This document shows positions 1 to 8,914 of a DNA stretch of 64,000 nucleotides, one piece after another. Each line of letters begins with the position of its first letter. Positions within the stretch are counted from its first letter, which is position 1. Below the pieces are notes generated by a model. The model was not told where the DNA came from. It did no database searches and saw nothing but the letters and a program-made list of their open reading frames with translations. Location: positions 38,450 to 102,449 of the IMG/VR virus record IMGVR_UViG_3300050821_005690; one strand, given 5' to 3'. The position numbers were made by a program, and so were the translations under genes. The DNA comes from a virus.

Positions 1-595
1 ACCTGTCAAGGACTATGGCAGAGCTTGGCGACGGCGGCGCTCCCGATTTGCAAAAGCTGGTGCAAAAATACGGAAGCTATGCAGCTATCCCGGAATCTGA
101 GTGGAAGGCGTACGACGAAGCTCTTGTGGCGTGCAACAAGCGTCTTGCCGGGTATCATAAGGTGGCAAAGGCGAAGCCAAATGCGAGTTCGCTCTGATAA
201 TCTGTGCGAGGTTCCCAAGGACGTGGCCGAGTTGGCGCTGTTAAGCTTCCTCGCCGCCTCCAGATATTGGATGCTTTTTCATGTATATAGAAAATAGGAC
301 TATTGAGGCGTGGTGTCGTGCCGTGTTCTGGCTATTCGTTGTCGTGGGTGCCCTGGGTGGGTTCATCTGTTTAATTAGGATGGTGGTTTGATGACTCTTT
401 CGAAGATCGTCGAGAAGGCGGAGCACCAAACCGGGATGGACGCCCTGGTTGGCATCCCGATCTACGAATCGTCCACGAACCAGATCGCGCCAGCTTTGGC
501 TGAAATCATCCTCAATCACCTGTTCGAGCGCGGGTACAGGATCGTCCGGCATGTCTCCGTTCCCAGGAAACCGTTCGCGTTCCGAGAGGACGACA

Positions 596-1054
596 ATGTC
601 GCTTGACGTCTACCTTTACCTCGATGCGCCGCCGACCGCGCCCGCCGAAGGCAGCGGCATCTATGTTCGCCGCAATGCCGAGGTCGTGGAGATCACGCGC
701 GCGGAGTGGGATAGTAGGTTCCCGGGCCAAGAGCCCTTCGTGCTGGCTGCGGAGTATGGTGTGGATTGCACGGTCTACACTGCGAACATCACGCACAATC
801 TCGCGCCCATGGCGGTGGCTGCCAATTGCTACGAGGCCATATGGCGGCCGGAGGAAATTAGGGCGACGCGAGCGAAGGACATTATCCGCTACCTCAAGCA
901 GGGCCTGGAGCTTCTGCGCTCCGACCCGGAGCGATTCAAGGTCTACAATCCCAAGAACAAATGGGGCGACTATGACGGTCTGGTGAGATTCATTGCAGCC
1001 TACCTGGACGCCTGCGAAAGGTATCCGGAGGCCACGATCAGGGCGTCGGCCTAA
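596..1054 (+). CDS. conserved phage hypothetical protein
   Basis: ATG at 596 after GAGAGGA; MSLDVYL...ANITHNL...NPKNKWGDYDG pattern recalled from phage hypotheticals. Confidence 0.75.
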   Translation: MSLDVYLYLDAPPTAPAEGSGIYVRRNAEVVEITRAEWDSRFPGQEPFVLAAEYGVDCTVYTANITHNLAPMAVAANCYEAIWRPEEIRATRAKDIIRYLKQGLELLRSDPERFKVYNPKNKWGDYDGLVRFIAAYLDACERYPEATIRASA

Positions 1055-1295
1055 AATGGGCATGAAGGTGGTCTGCCTTGACGAATTTGCGGTATTTCCT
1101 CGACCTTGTGCGCTTGAACTTTCTTGCGACAGCAAGGAGTCGTTATTCTGCGACGCCGAGTGGCGGTCTGTTCACCGGGATGGCTTTGTCGCGCAACACC
1201 GAGAGGCAATGGCCGCAGGTTGGCTGGAGCGAAATGGCGGAGCTAGAGGCCGCATTTGGGTATGCCCCGAGTGCTCGGGCAAGAAGGCAACGTGA
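1055..1295 (+). CDS. small Cys-rich (Zn-binding) hypothetical protein
   Basis: CDxxxxxxC...AAGW...CPEC; starts directly after previous stop. Confidence 0.6.
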
Positions 1296-1378
1296 CATGG
1301 GCAAGCAGGCGATCGGCGAGCGTGAGCTTCAGCTGCGGAAGCAACGCGAGGCAACGGCGAGGCGGGCGGAGGAAAAAC

Positions 1379-1678
1379 ATGCCAAAGCGAAGAAGGAAGC
1401 TCGCGCCGCTCAAAAAGCCAAGGCGGTCAAAGCCCGCTGAAGTTCTCGTCGGCGCCCCTGGCGGCCGGATGCTGTGCCTCGTCCCCTTTTGCCGACGAAC
1501 GCGCAAGGATGACGGTCGTTTCGATGAGTGGATTTGCGGTAAACATTGGACCTTGACGCCCCGTTCCTGGCGCCGCGGCCTATTTTTGTTCAGGCGGCGC
1601 GGGGTCCATCACGAGCTTGTTGCCCGCATGTGGGATCGACTAAAGCGCGTTGCTATCGAGCGGGCGGCCGGGCTGTGA
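1379..1678 (+). CDS. hypothetical protein with CxxxxC...CxxHW Zn motif
   Basis: CLVPFC...ICGKHW; GGAGGA before ATG 1379 (alternative start 1469). Confidence 0.55.
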   Translation: MPKRRRKLAPLKKPRRSKPAEVLVGAPGGRMLCLVPFCRRTRKDDGRFDEWICGKHWTLTPRSWRRGLFLFRRRGVHHELVARMWDRLKRVAIERAAGL

Positions 1679-1884
1679 TGGCGTTGCCTGAGTTCGTCGC
1701 CCAGACTTTCCTGGCCGCCCTCGCTTTCATTCCAGATGTCATGCAACAGTTCGTCGTCCTGGTCGAGCCATTGCGGGAACTTCTGCAAGCATCCTCCGCA
1801 AATCTGCCATCGGTCAACGCCCAGCCACGGGGTTCCCGGGTTGATCGGCTTCTTGCACTTGTCGCAAGCCACGGTGAAGGTCAT
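1609..1884 (-). CDS. Zn-finger hypothetical protein
   Basis: CDKC...CGGC; ATGA overlap with upstream minus-strand gene. Confidence 0.55.
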   Translation of the reverse strand: MTFTVACDKCKKPINPGTPWLGVDRWQICGGCLQKFPQWLDQDDELLHDIWNESEGGQESLGDELRQRHHSPAARSIATRFSRSHMRATSS

Positions 1885-2384
1885 GGGGCGGTCGGGTTCC
1901 TATTGGGGTTAGTGATTGTGCCGCCCTGCGGCATCGGTCGCGTTGTCATTTTATCGATTTCCTTGAGCCCCTTCTTCAAAAACTCGCGCGCTCGATCGTA
2001 GTGAAGCGGCGGCTGGTAGCCGTACAGGGGTGAGCGCAGTCGGCTGGCAACGTGGTGGAAGATCCGTCGGCGCGCTTCCCTGGTCTTGCCGTGGTGGTCG
2101 ACCAGCACCTTGTATTCGATGACGTGGGCGGCGAGTTCTTCGATCAGGCGGAAGTTGTCGTCGGCTAGGTATTGGTCCCACCATCCGGCCGGGTTCGACC
2201 CTTGGCGTGCGCTGTGCACCTTCTCGTGCTCGAACAGCTCCAGCGGGATCTTCGTCCTGTGCGGGTTGAATATGAACAAACCATAAGCGAAAATCGGCTT
2301 GAACTTCTTCTTGTCGAATTGGTCGAGGCGAAAGCGGCGGTTGATCGCCTCGTAATTTGGCGGGAAATCCAGTCTGACGATCAT
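1881..2384 (-). CDS. putative zincin-like metallopeptidase
   Basis: HEKVH (HExxH) followed by a downstream Glu (IEELAAH). Confidence 0.55.
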   Translation of the reverse strand: MIVRLDFPPNYEAINRRFRLDQFDKKKFKPIFAYGLFIFNPHRTKIPLELFEHEKVHSARQGSNPAGWWDQYLADDNFRLIEELAAHVIEYKVLVDHHGKTREARRRIFHHVASRLRSPLYGYQPPLHYDRAREFLKKGLKEIDKMTTRPMPQGGTITNPNRNPTAP

Positions 2385-2848
2385 CGGACGGGCGTCTGCT
2401 TGTAGGGGAGGGGGCGGAGCCTCGTCCTCTCCTCGGCCTCCAACAGCTTGACCTCGGGCGGGACGGTCAGGTCATAGGTGTCGTCATCGACCCGAACGAT
2501 AGCGCATTTCACTCCGTCGAAGATATCATCGCCGAAGCGCGGGACATGTCCGAAGTGCAGTCTGATGAAGGCCTTGAAGTTCACCCCCGTGACGCCGCCC
2601 GGCACGCCCGGCTTTAGGCCGGTGATGCGGAGCTTGTTGCGGTCTGCCCCGGTCCCGACCGCAATCGCAAACTTCTTGCACTTGGAGATGCAGATGACGG
2701 TTGGCAGCGTCACCAGTAGTTTTGGCTTTGGCGGCGGTGTTCCGGCCTTCCTTGGCTTGGCCGTATTGCGGGCGTGCGTCAGGTAGGACAGCGATGCCAT
2801 CGGCGGCGTATTGGCCTTGGTGTGCGTTTCAAGGTCCTCGAACGGCAT
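2381..2848 (-). CDS. hypothetical protein
   Basis: 155-aa ORF, GGAGG RBS, coupled to neighbours. Confidence 0.65.
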   Translation of the reverse strand: MPFEDLETHTKANTPPMASLSYLTHARNTAKPRKAGTPPPKPKLLVTLPTVICISKCKKFAIAVGTGADRNKLRITGLKPGVPGGVTGVNFKAFIRLHFGHVPRFGDDIFDGVKCAIVRVDDDTYDLTVPPEVKLLEAEERTRLRPLPYKQTPVR

Positions 2849-3077
2849 CCCCCGCCTCCTTGTCCTTTTTATCCACGAGGAGGTAGATCATCTGGCCCTC
2901 GACGCTGACGATATCGCACTGATGTTCGAATAAATTGAGGCAGCGGTTGACGAAGGGGAAGAGAGCCCGGTCGCAGGCCAGGACTCGGCTTCGGACTTGG
3001 CAGTCGTGCTCAAGCTCGGCGACGATCTGCTCGATCGGGATCATGTCCGACGCTTCTCGGATTGCTTCAACGCTCAT
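2829..3077 (-). CDS. hypothetical protein
   Basis: MSVEAIREASD..., 82 aa, within minus-strand operon. Confidence 0.55.
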   Translation of the reverse strand: MSVEAIREASDMIPIEQIVAELEHDCQVRSRVLACDRALFPFVNRCLNLFEHQCDIVSVEGQMIYLLVDKKDKEAGDAVRGP

Positions 3078-3081
3078 GGGG

Positions 3082-3738
3082 TCATTCTTCCTCTGAGGCC
3101 GCAGTATTGGAGACGGCCTTGCGAAGCTGATCGCGCAGTTCGGCCTTGCTGGGGGAAGATTGGGGCTTTTCCCAGCCTCCGGCGGCGCCGGCCCTGGTCT
3201 TATCGAAAATTGGCTTATCGTCCTCGTCCTCGTCCTCGACCACCTTGGCGATGGTTCCGGGCGGCGGCCGGTAGCCTTCGCCCTCAAGCGCCCCCGCCAG
3301 CGCCCGGGCGCGCACGTCCTTGGGCCTAGCTCGCCCGCCCTGTGGCCGCTGGGGCGTTTTTTCCCGTGGGGGGGCCTGTCCTACCGGGGCAGGCAATGGC
3401 GCATCCAGGGCCTTCTGAGGGGGCAGGGGCGGAACCGGCATCCTCGCCTTAGCCTCCGCCGGCTTCGCCCTGCTGGGGTAGGGCTCCGTCGACCAGTCGA
3501 TCTTCTTCCGCCCAGTGGCGAATTCGGGCCGCTCGACGGGCTCGGGCGGTGTGACTGGAATCTCGACGGCCGTCGCCCCGACGACAACGATCTCCGCCTC
3601 AGCGAAAGCGTCCCGCTGCAGCACGCCCTGCGGGTCAAACCACGCGGCGGTGTAGAAGCCATCCGTGCGCCCCATCTCGATGATGGTCATGGCGGGGCCG
3701 CCACTCTTGAGGATGACAATCGTTCCGATCGGGATCAT
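3082..3738 (-). CDS. DUF2158/YodC-like N-terminal domain with Pro-rich tail
   Basis: GTIVILKSGGPAMTI...AWFD...F motif. Confidence 0.7.
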   Translation of the reverse strand: MIPIGTIVILKSGGPAMTIIEMGRTDGFYTAAWFDPQGVLQRDAFAEAEIVVVGATAVEIPVTPPEPVERPEFATGRKKIDWSTEPYPSRAKPAEAKARMPVPPLPPQKALDAPLPAPVGQAPPREKTPQRPQGGRARPKDVRARALAGALEGEGYRPPPGTIAKVVEDEDEDDKPIFDKTRAGAAGGWEKPQSSPSKAELRDQLRKAVSNTAASEEE

Positions 3739-3776
3739 CGCTTGTTCCAGGGCTTGAATTTAAGCAGTTCAGATCT

Positions 3777-3953
3777 TCAAACTCCGCAGTTCGGGCACGA
3801 GTGCACCCAGTCTTCGTCCCCCATCTTCCGGGTTCTCCAGCCGTCACGCTTTGCCGCCGCCCAGACCTCGGAGAACTCGCCGCTTTCTCCATCGAATACC
3901 TCGCCGCAGGAGTCGCATTCGAACAGGAGCTTGCCGTGCTGCCGGTCAATCAT
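3777..3953 (-). CDS. small Zn-ribbon protein (58 aa, below ORF-track cutoff)
   Basis: MIDRQHGKLLFECDSC...AAKRDGW...HSCPNC; similar pattern to 1055-1295. Confidence 0.6.
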   Translation of the reverse strand: MIDRQHGKLLFECDSCGEVFDGESGEFSEVWAAAKRDGWRTRKMGDEDWVHSCPNCGV

Positions 3954-4351
3954 GAGGTCCTCTGTGGCACTATTTTCAAAATGGTGTCAAGGCTCCCGGT
4001 CCCGATCTGTATCCCGTGGGCAATTGCGCGATTCTTCAGCCGTCCCGTCAGGAATGCGATATACTTGGGGTGAAGCTCCCCGGCCGCAAGAAAATGCCTG
4101 TACTCGTCGCTCGTCATGTCGCCCTTGATGTGATTGCACGCCAAACATGAGAGCACGGCGTTGGGCCCGAATCGCGCTCCTCCCCTGGTCTTCGGGGTCG
4201 CATGGTCGAGCGTCGGCTTTCGCCATTCCGCAAGATGGTCAAAGCGGTCAAAGAGCCGGCCGTCGTGGTCGATACAGGGCCGCCGGCAATAAGCGCAAAT
4301 CCCATCGAACGCCAGCTTGAGCTTCCGTATCTGTGATCGCGATTTGCCCAT
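3950..4351 (-). CDS. HNH endonuclease
   Basis: CAYC...TLDHATPKTRGG...NAVLSCLACNHIKG. Confidence 0.85.
   Translation of the reverse strand: MGKSRSQIRKLKLAFDGICAYCRRPCIDHDGRLFDRFDHLAEWRKPTLDHATPKTRGGARFGPNAVLSCLACNHIKGDMTSDEYRHFLAAGELHPKYIAFLTGRLKNRAIAHGIQIGTGSLDTILKIVPQRTS
3965..3990 (-). promoter_or_regulatory. sigma70-type -35 box (TTGACA) followed by the 13-bp motif GAAAATAGTGCCA
   Basis: minus strand reads ccTTGACAccattttGAAAATAGTGCCA; same 13-mer at 9177 and 12208. Confidence 0.5.
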
Positions 4352-4424
4352 GTTTTGCCTTTAATAGAGGTGTATCTAATCCCGGTCCTAAGCCTAACCG
4401 TATGGAACACCAAGGTTACCTAGC

Positions 4425-4904
4425 ATGAAGCGACCACGAGGGAAGCGACTACGGGGAAAAGGCCGCAAGACGCTGGCACGCGAGCGGGCGGCCCGGATCA
4501 AGAAGGTGCTAGGCGAGTACGCCAAGAACGCCCCGCCGATCGATTTCAAGGCCTCGCTCGACAGCCTCGATCTCATGGAAGGGGTAATGCGGCATTTTTA
4601 TTTCCGCGCCCTGGTCGAGCGCAGCGTTGGGGACGAGGCAAATTGGGACAAGGTCGACGCGCTCATGCTCAAGACCTTGACGGCGGCCGAGAAGGTTGCG
4701 CGTTACAAGCACGCGCAGTTGTCGGCGGTCCGCCTTGCCGGGGACATCAGTGGCAACATGGACAACGTCAGCCTGGACGAACTCTTGGTGACCATCCGGC
4801 AGGAGTGGGCCAAGCTCGGCCCGCTGATCAATCTCGAAACCGAGGACGAGGAAATCGAGGCTTTGGGGATTGAGAACCAACCTCCGCCAGGACGGGAGCA
4901 TTGA
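4425..4904 (+). CDS. putative terminase small subunit
   Basis: basic N-terminus; AAEKVARYKHAQLSAV resembles the A..AA.Y.H..L..V motif of small terminases; far from TerL. Confidence 0.45.
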   Translation: MKRPRGKRLRGKGRKTLARERAARIKKVLGEYAKNAPPIDFKASLDSLDLMEGVMRHFYFRALVERSVGDEANWDKVDALMLKTLTAAEKVARYKHAQLSAVRLAGDISGNMDNVSLDELLVTIRQEWAKLGPLINLETEDEEIEALGIENQPPPGREH

Positions 4905-4907
4905 GCA

Positions 4908-5213
4908 TTGAAACTGTTTTATATCCCGATGGTGGACGACAATGGCGAGCAGATGCACGAGTTCGTGTGGGCCGAAGGCCCCGTGAGTGCCGCCATCATC
5001 TTTTGGAAACCTTACATCGAGCAGGGATTGAGGCCTCTCGACGTCTGGGTCTACTGCCTGTCAGACTGCTGGCCTGCCAATTCGCCGCGCAGGATCGACG
5101 CTGGGGACATGCCGGCCTCAAAAGTCAGAGGCGATATCGACGGTCATTTCACTACCATCATCGACTTGAACGTGGTGCCGGAAGCCCCGCCGAAAGCTGG
5201 CGGTCGTGGTTGA
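4908..5213 (+). CDS. hypothetical protein
   Basis: 101-aa ORF, TTG start after GGGAG. Confidence 0.55.
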   Translation: MKLFYIPMVDDNGEQMHEFVWAEGPVSAAIIFWKPYIEQGLRPLDVWVYCLSDCWPANSPRRIDAGDMPASKVRGDIDGHFTTIIDLNVVPEAPPKAGGRG

Positions 5214-5229
5214 CATGGGGATTTGAAAG

Positions 5230-5430
5230 ATGCCGAGCATCCATGTGATCTACGTTCCCGCCGGAGAGCTTGTGGTGCCAAGTGAAACGCTAAAGCACAT
5301 GAAGGCCTCCTACGCCGTTCTGCGCCTGGAGGACGAGATGTCGGACGAGCACATCGCCGAGGTGGTTCAAGCTCTGGCAAAAATGGTGATTGAGCCGAAC
5401 ACGGCACAGAGAGGTGACGGGGATGCTTGA
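5230..5430 (+). CDS. hypothetical protein
   Basis: 66-aa ORF with typical codon usage. Confidence 0.55.
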   Translation: MPSIHVIYVPAGELVVPSETLKHMKASYAVLRLEDEMSDEHIAEVVQALAKMVIEPNTAQRGDGDA

Positions 5431-5725
5431 GCGTCGTGGGTTCCTGTTAGGCTTGGCAACGAGCGCGCTGGCGGCGCCAGCTATTGTGCGGGCCGCCAGC
5501 ATCATGCCGGTCAAGGCGCTCGTGGGCGATACGTGGACGCTGACAGGCTTCGATATGTACGGCGAGCCGATAACTGAAACAATTCGTTGGGTAGTGGATC
5601 ATTGGATGGTGGAGATGCCGGTTAAGACAATGCGCGAACTTGAGTTGCCGGGACTGACGGGCGTGCGATGGTCGTATTCTGGTTATGAGCCCCACTGGTC
5701 CAGACAAGCATTCTGTTCAGTTTAA
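5423..5725 (+). CDS. twin-arginine-leader protein with capsid-like peptide motifs
   Basis: MLERRGFLLGL...ALAAPAIVRAASIMPVK leader; GFDMYGEPITETI and RELELPGLTGV motifs. Confidence 0.7.
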   Translation: MLERRGFLLGLATSALAAPAIVRAASIMPVKALVGDTWTLTGFDMYGEPITETIRWVVDHWMVEMPVKTMRELELPGLTGVRWSYSGYEPHWSRQAFCSV

Positions 5726-5745
5726 CGGATTTGCAAATCCGTTAA
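5722..5745. terminator. perfect 24-bp palindrome between convergent gene blocks
   Basis: TTAACGGATTTG/CAAATCCGTTAA. Confidence 0.5.
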
Positions 5746-5987
5746 TTCATCAGGCCTCCAAGAGGAGCAGGCGGACGCTCTCAAGAAAGATGCCAGAAGG
5801 CCCGAAGCTCGGCGTTGGTCATAGTCCGAGCCAGTGGAACAGCGTGGCGACAAACCAGAATAAATCCATCGCGAACCACAGAAGCGCAAAGAGTGCGGCT
5901 GCCCGTACCTCGCGCGGTGTGATGGGCGCTCCCGAGAACACTCGGTAGAAAGCGTTCATCAGGCCTCCAAGATGAGCAAGCGGACGC
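5746..5987. repeat. 33-bp direct repeat (31/33 identical) at 5746-5778 and 5955-5987
   Basis: TTCATCAGGCCTCCAAGA(G/T)GAGCA(G/A)GCGGACGC. Confidence 0.85.
5819..5959 (-). CDS. small membrane protein
   Basis: MNAFYRV...AAALFALLWFAMDLFWFVATLFHWLGL; GGAGG RBS. Confidence 0.55.
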   Translation of the reverse strand: MNAFYRVFSGAPITPREVRAAALFALLWFAMDLFWFVATLFHWLGL

Positions 5988-6189
5988 GCGCGATCGTGTC
6001 GACGCTTGAACGCCCTACGAGTTCCTTGTGGACAATCTGGGCGAGACGCTCGCGCTCGGCGCGGGTGTCGGGCACGAAGACCATGCCTTCCTCGTAGTAG
6101 CGATAGAGCCAGCCGCCGGGGACGGCGAGGCGGTATGTGTTGTTGAGGCCGTCGACGCACTCCCATTTCGGCGGATTATTTTGCGGCAT
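5959..6189 (-). CDS. hypothetical protein
   Basis: TYRLAVPGGWLYR...MVFVP motif recalled from phage small proteins; AAGGAGG RBS. Confidence 0.7.
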   Translation of the reverse strand: MPQNNPPKWECVDGLNNTYRLAVPGGWLYRYYEEGMVFVPDTRAERERLAQIVHKELVGRSSVDTIARVRLLILEA

Positions 6190-6355
6190 TGTAAGCCTCC
6201 TTGAAACGCCTCTGCCATGCGGCGTACTCGATGCGCACGCGCATCCAGTCCTCGTACTCGGCTGCGGTTAGCTCGATGGTCTCGTCATATTGCCCTTCGT
6301 CGCGGGCGACGTTGAAGTCTGGCCAGCGCTCGTCGAGTTCAAAGAAGTATTTCAT
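6176..6355 (-). CDS. hypothetical protein
   Basis: AAAGGAG RBS, MKYFFELDERW. Confidence 0.6.
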   Translation of the reverse strand: MKYFFELDERWPDFNVARDEGQYDETIELTAAEYEDWMRVRIEYAAWQRRFKEAYNAAK

Positions 6356-6383
6356 CGTTTTCGCTCCTTTGGATAACACACAC

Positions 6384-6872
6384 TCACATGAGACCCGCAC
6401 CCAGTCTTTGTGCTCGGCTGAGCATCAAGCTGTCGGCGTCGTGGCGGGGGATCGAATCTAGATACTTGTCGGCTCGCTCATGGGCCGCCTTGGCCTCGGC
6501 GCGCAGTATGACCCAGCGTTGAAGCTCGGCAATGTTTTCGACTGGTACGAGGGCATCGAGACGGACCTTGCTGCGGCCTTCCTTGCTCTTGATCCAGCAA
6601 TGAACGATCGAAGGTGGGTGGCCGTGTCCATACGTCTCGGGCTCGCACAGGACGGTGACCGTAACCTCTTCGACCTGAGGTGTTCCGCAATAGTTGAGCA
6701 ATAGGGCACGCACGTCGATGCGTCGCTCTCCCTTGCTGAGTTCATCGATCTTGCGCTTAACGGCCGAGAGGCTTTGCTGGCCCTCGATGCTCAGATCGGG
6801 GCAGGCCCAGGTCTCGTCGTCATCTCGGAACTTAATGATTCGCCCGCGATAGTTGATTTCTAGTAGGTTCAT
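6384..6872 (-). CDS. hypothetical protein
   Basis: MNLLEINYRGR start after AGGAGAG. Confidence 0.65.
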   Translation of the reverse strand: MNLLEINYRGRIIKFRDDDETWACPDLSIEGQQSLSAVKRKIDELSKGERRIDVRALLLNYCGTPQVEEVTVTVLCEPETYGHGHPPSIVHCWIKSKEGRSKVRLDALVPVENIAELQRWVILRAEAKAAHERADKYLDSIPRHDADSLMLSRAQRLGAGLM

Positions 6873-7105
6873 GCGTTCTCTCCTATTCGATCTGGGGTGG
6901 CAGCCGGGCTGTCGTCGTTCAAAACCTGAATGGCGCTCCTGATTCCGCGGTTGGCCGCTTCGATCTCGGCGACCTTCCGCTCGATGGCGATTGAAAAGCC
7001 ACGTAACATCCCCAACTGCCGCTCGATGCGGCGCAGCCGGTATTGATGCGATGCGATTATTGTGACCCAGGCGAGAACGCAGGCGATCATTAGTGTTTCG
7101 ATCAT
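6869..7105 (-). CDS. membrane-anchored coiled-coil hypothetical protein
   Basis: hydrophobic N-terminus then heptad pattern; AAGGAG RBS. Confidence 0.6.
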   Translation of the reverse strand: MIETLMIACVLAWVTIIASHQYRLRRIERQLGMLRGFSIAIERKVAEIEAANRGIRSAIQVLNDDSPAATPDRIGENA

Positions 7106-7107
7106 GG

Positions 7108-7722
7108 TTACTCCTTCCCGAGGGGATGCCAGGATTGGCTGGCGATGTTCCAGGCATGGGTCTGCTTCCAGCCGTCGTACCGTTTTTGAAACTCGATGAT
7201 GTCGTCGGCGAGGCGCTGGATGGCTTGTTCGCGGTTGAACAGGTCTGTCGTCTTGACCTTGTTGAAGTCATGCCAGGAATGCGTGAGGAACAAGCCCTCA
7301 CGTTCGGCCTTGACCGCCTGGAAGGTCGCTCGTGTGACCTGTATCGTTCGAGGGTCGCGCCGTCCGGTATTCCGATTGCGCTCCCCGTAGGTGAGGACGA
7401 TCGGGATTGTCTCAGCCTCGGCCTTGCCTCGGTCCTCGATCTCCCTAGCAAGCCAAGCTTGCAGCGAGACGATGAGGGTGCCGATCGCATCGCGGCTCAC
7501 CTCGAAGGGCGGTTTCTTCGCGCCGTGGCAACTCGACGTCTGCCAGCCTTGGCCCGGCCGGGTGTAGCCGTGGAGGGCGATGTGGCCGGTGTTGGCCAGG
7601 ATCGCCCGCCCGCAGATTTGGCAGTGCATAGCCGCCGCCAAGCGCGCGGCCTTGCGAGCGGCGTTGGCGGCAGTCTGCTCCGGCGTCAGTTTCTCGCGCG
7701 GTCCCCTCCAGACTCTCCTCAT
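7108..7722 (-). CDS. hypothetical protein with CQIC...HGY...C Zn motif
   Basis: HCQICGR...IALHGYTRPG..QTSSCHG. Confidence 0.7.
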   Translation of the reverse strand: MRRVWRGPREKLTPEQTAANAARKAARLAAAMHCQICGRAILANTGHIALHGYTRPGQGWQTSSCHGAKKPPFEVSRDAIGTLIVSLQAWLAREIEDRGKAEAETIPIVLTYGERNRNTGRRDPRTIQVTRATFQAVKAEREGLFLTHSWHDFNKVKTTDLFNREQAIQRLADDIIEFQKRYDGWKQTHAWNIASQSWHPLGKE

Positions 7723-7976
7723 GTCAGGGCTCCTTCCTCGTTCTCGCCGTCGACGAACGCGCTGATTCGCGCCGTGACGCTGCGGCCTCGCGCGGATCTG
7801 ACGATCTCCTTCCAGGGGTTCGGCCGCTTGAACTCGCCAATCCGGTTTAGGTGGACCCAGACGCCTGCCCAGTAGCCGAACATCTGGAACTTGTAGCGGC
7901 CCAGGCTGTCCCAGGCCTTCGCCTCGGCCTCTTCGAGTTCAATCAAGAGGCGCGCGTTGAGCAGTGATGCTGTCAT
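7719..7976 (-). CDS. conserved phage hypothetical protein
   Basis: KAWDSLGRYKFQMFGYWAGVWVHLN; GGGAG RBS. Confidence 0.7.
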   Translation of the reverse strand: MTASLLNARLLIELEEAEAKAWDSLGRYKFQMFGYWAGVWVHLNRIGEFKRPNPWKEIVRSARGRSVTARISAFVDGENEEGALT

Positions 7977-8034
7977 CCGGTACTCCCTTCCCCTGATTGC
8001 CGTGGGAGCCCTCCGAAGAGGGCTCGGGCTGCAA

Positions 8035-8334
8035 TCAGCCGTCTCGCGGCATCGGTGCGACTTGTTCCATTTCCGAGGGTGTGATCGCCGTGCCAGCCTT
8101 GAGGGCGGCGCGGCGCTCTGCGAGCACCTCTTCGCACTTGAGCACGAAGGGCATGCGCTTCTCGATCTGCTCGTCGGTCAAGCTATCGAGGGGCACGCTG
8201 CAGGTCCCGACGCCAGGGACGAACTCCAGCACTACCTTGGTTCGATCCTCATCGTTGCGGATGCCTCGATAGTCGCGGTGGGTGTAGCGCCAGATCAGCT
8301 TGAGCTTCTGTTCCCGTGTCATCATGTCCTCCAT
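8035..8334 (-). CDS. hypothetical protein
   Basis: 99-aa ORF in leftward early operon. Confidence 0.6.
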   Translation of the reverse strand: MEDMMTREQKLKLIWRYTHRDYRGIRNDEDRTKVVLEFVPGVGTCSVPLDSLTDEQIEKRMPFVLKCEEVLAERRAALKAGTAITPSEMEQVAPMPRDG

Positions 8335-8516
8335 CCGTCGGCGGGGCAGCAGAAAAAGCAGCGGTCGTCCTCCACTCGGTCGACCTCGATGTGATGGTCG
8401 CTACGGCTGTCCCAGACCATGTAGGACCCGGGCTTGCCGCGTATCGGCCGGACGACGTAGTCGCGATCCCACTTCGCGACGATCTCGGCTTGGAACCTGG
8501 TGAACTCTGCTGCCAT
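8322..8516 (-). CDS. hypothetical protein
   Basis: AAGGAGG RBS. Confidence 0.6.
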   Translation of the reverse strand: MAAEFTRFQAEIVAKWDRDYVVRPIRGKPGSYMVWDSRSDHHIEVDRVEDDRCFFCCPADGWRT

Positions 8517-8533
8517 GTCAGTCCTCCTTCCCC

Positions 8534-8713
8534 TCAGTAGTTGGTTTCAAAGTCACAGTGATATAGATCGGCGATTTTCTTGGCCCTGGTCTCAGCTTCA
8601 GTCCTGAAGGCGAAGCAACTGTCTGTCTCCCGCTCGTCATCCTGCATGATGCACTCGACGTGGTAGGTATCGCCATCGAAGTCCACCTGCACCGTCCTGA
8701 CTGTCTTTCCCAT
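8534..8713 (-). CDS. hypothetical protein (59 aa)
   Basis: AGGAGG RBS; MGKTVRTVQVDFDG...FETNY. Confidence 0.55.
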   Translation of the reverse strand: MGKTVRTVQVDFDGDTYHVECIMQDDERETDSCFAFRTEAETRAKKIADLYHCDFETNY

Positions 8714-8716
8714 TGA

Positions 8717-8914
8717 TTAGCCCTCCTTTGCGAAGATCAGGTCGTTGTCGTACCGGACCGCCGACCCCGAGCGGCCAAAGCGCACGTCGTACCAGACGCT
8801 GCCCTTCCAGTTGGTGACCTTGGTGACCGTTCCGACATGGCCGTCACGGTCGCGGACCCGGTCGCCGACCTGGAAGGTTGCTGCCATTCGCCAGCGCCAG
8901 CCTATTCCCATCAT
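8717..8914 (-). CDS. small SH3/KOW-like beta-barrel protein
   Basis: FQVGDRVR...GTVTKV...YDVRF; AGGAGG RBS. Confidence 0.55.
   Translation of the reverse strand: MMGIGWRWRMAATFQVGDRVRDRDGHVGTVTKVTNWKGSVWYDVRFGRSGSAVRYDNDLIFAKEG

Noticed and set aside
2829-3077. Possible further capsid fragment (SRVLACDRALFPFVNRCL)
   Set aside because: Resemblance too weak to support without a profile search
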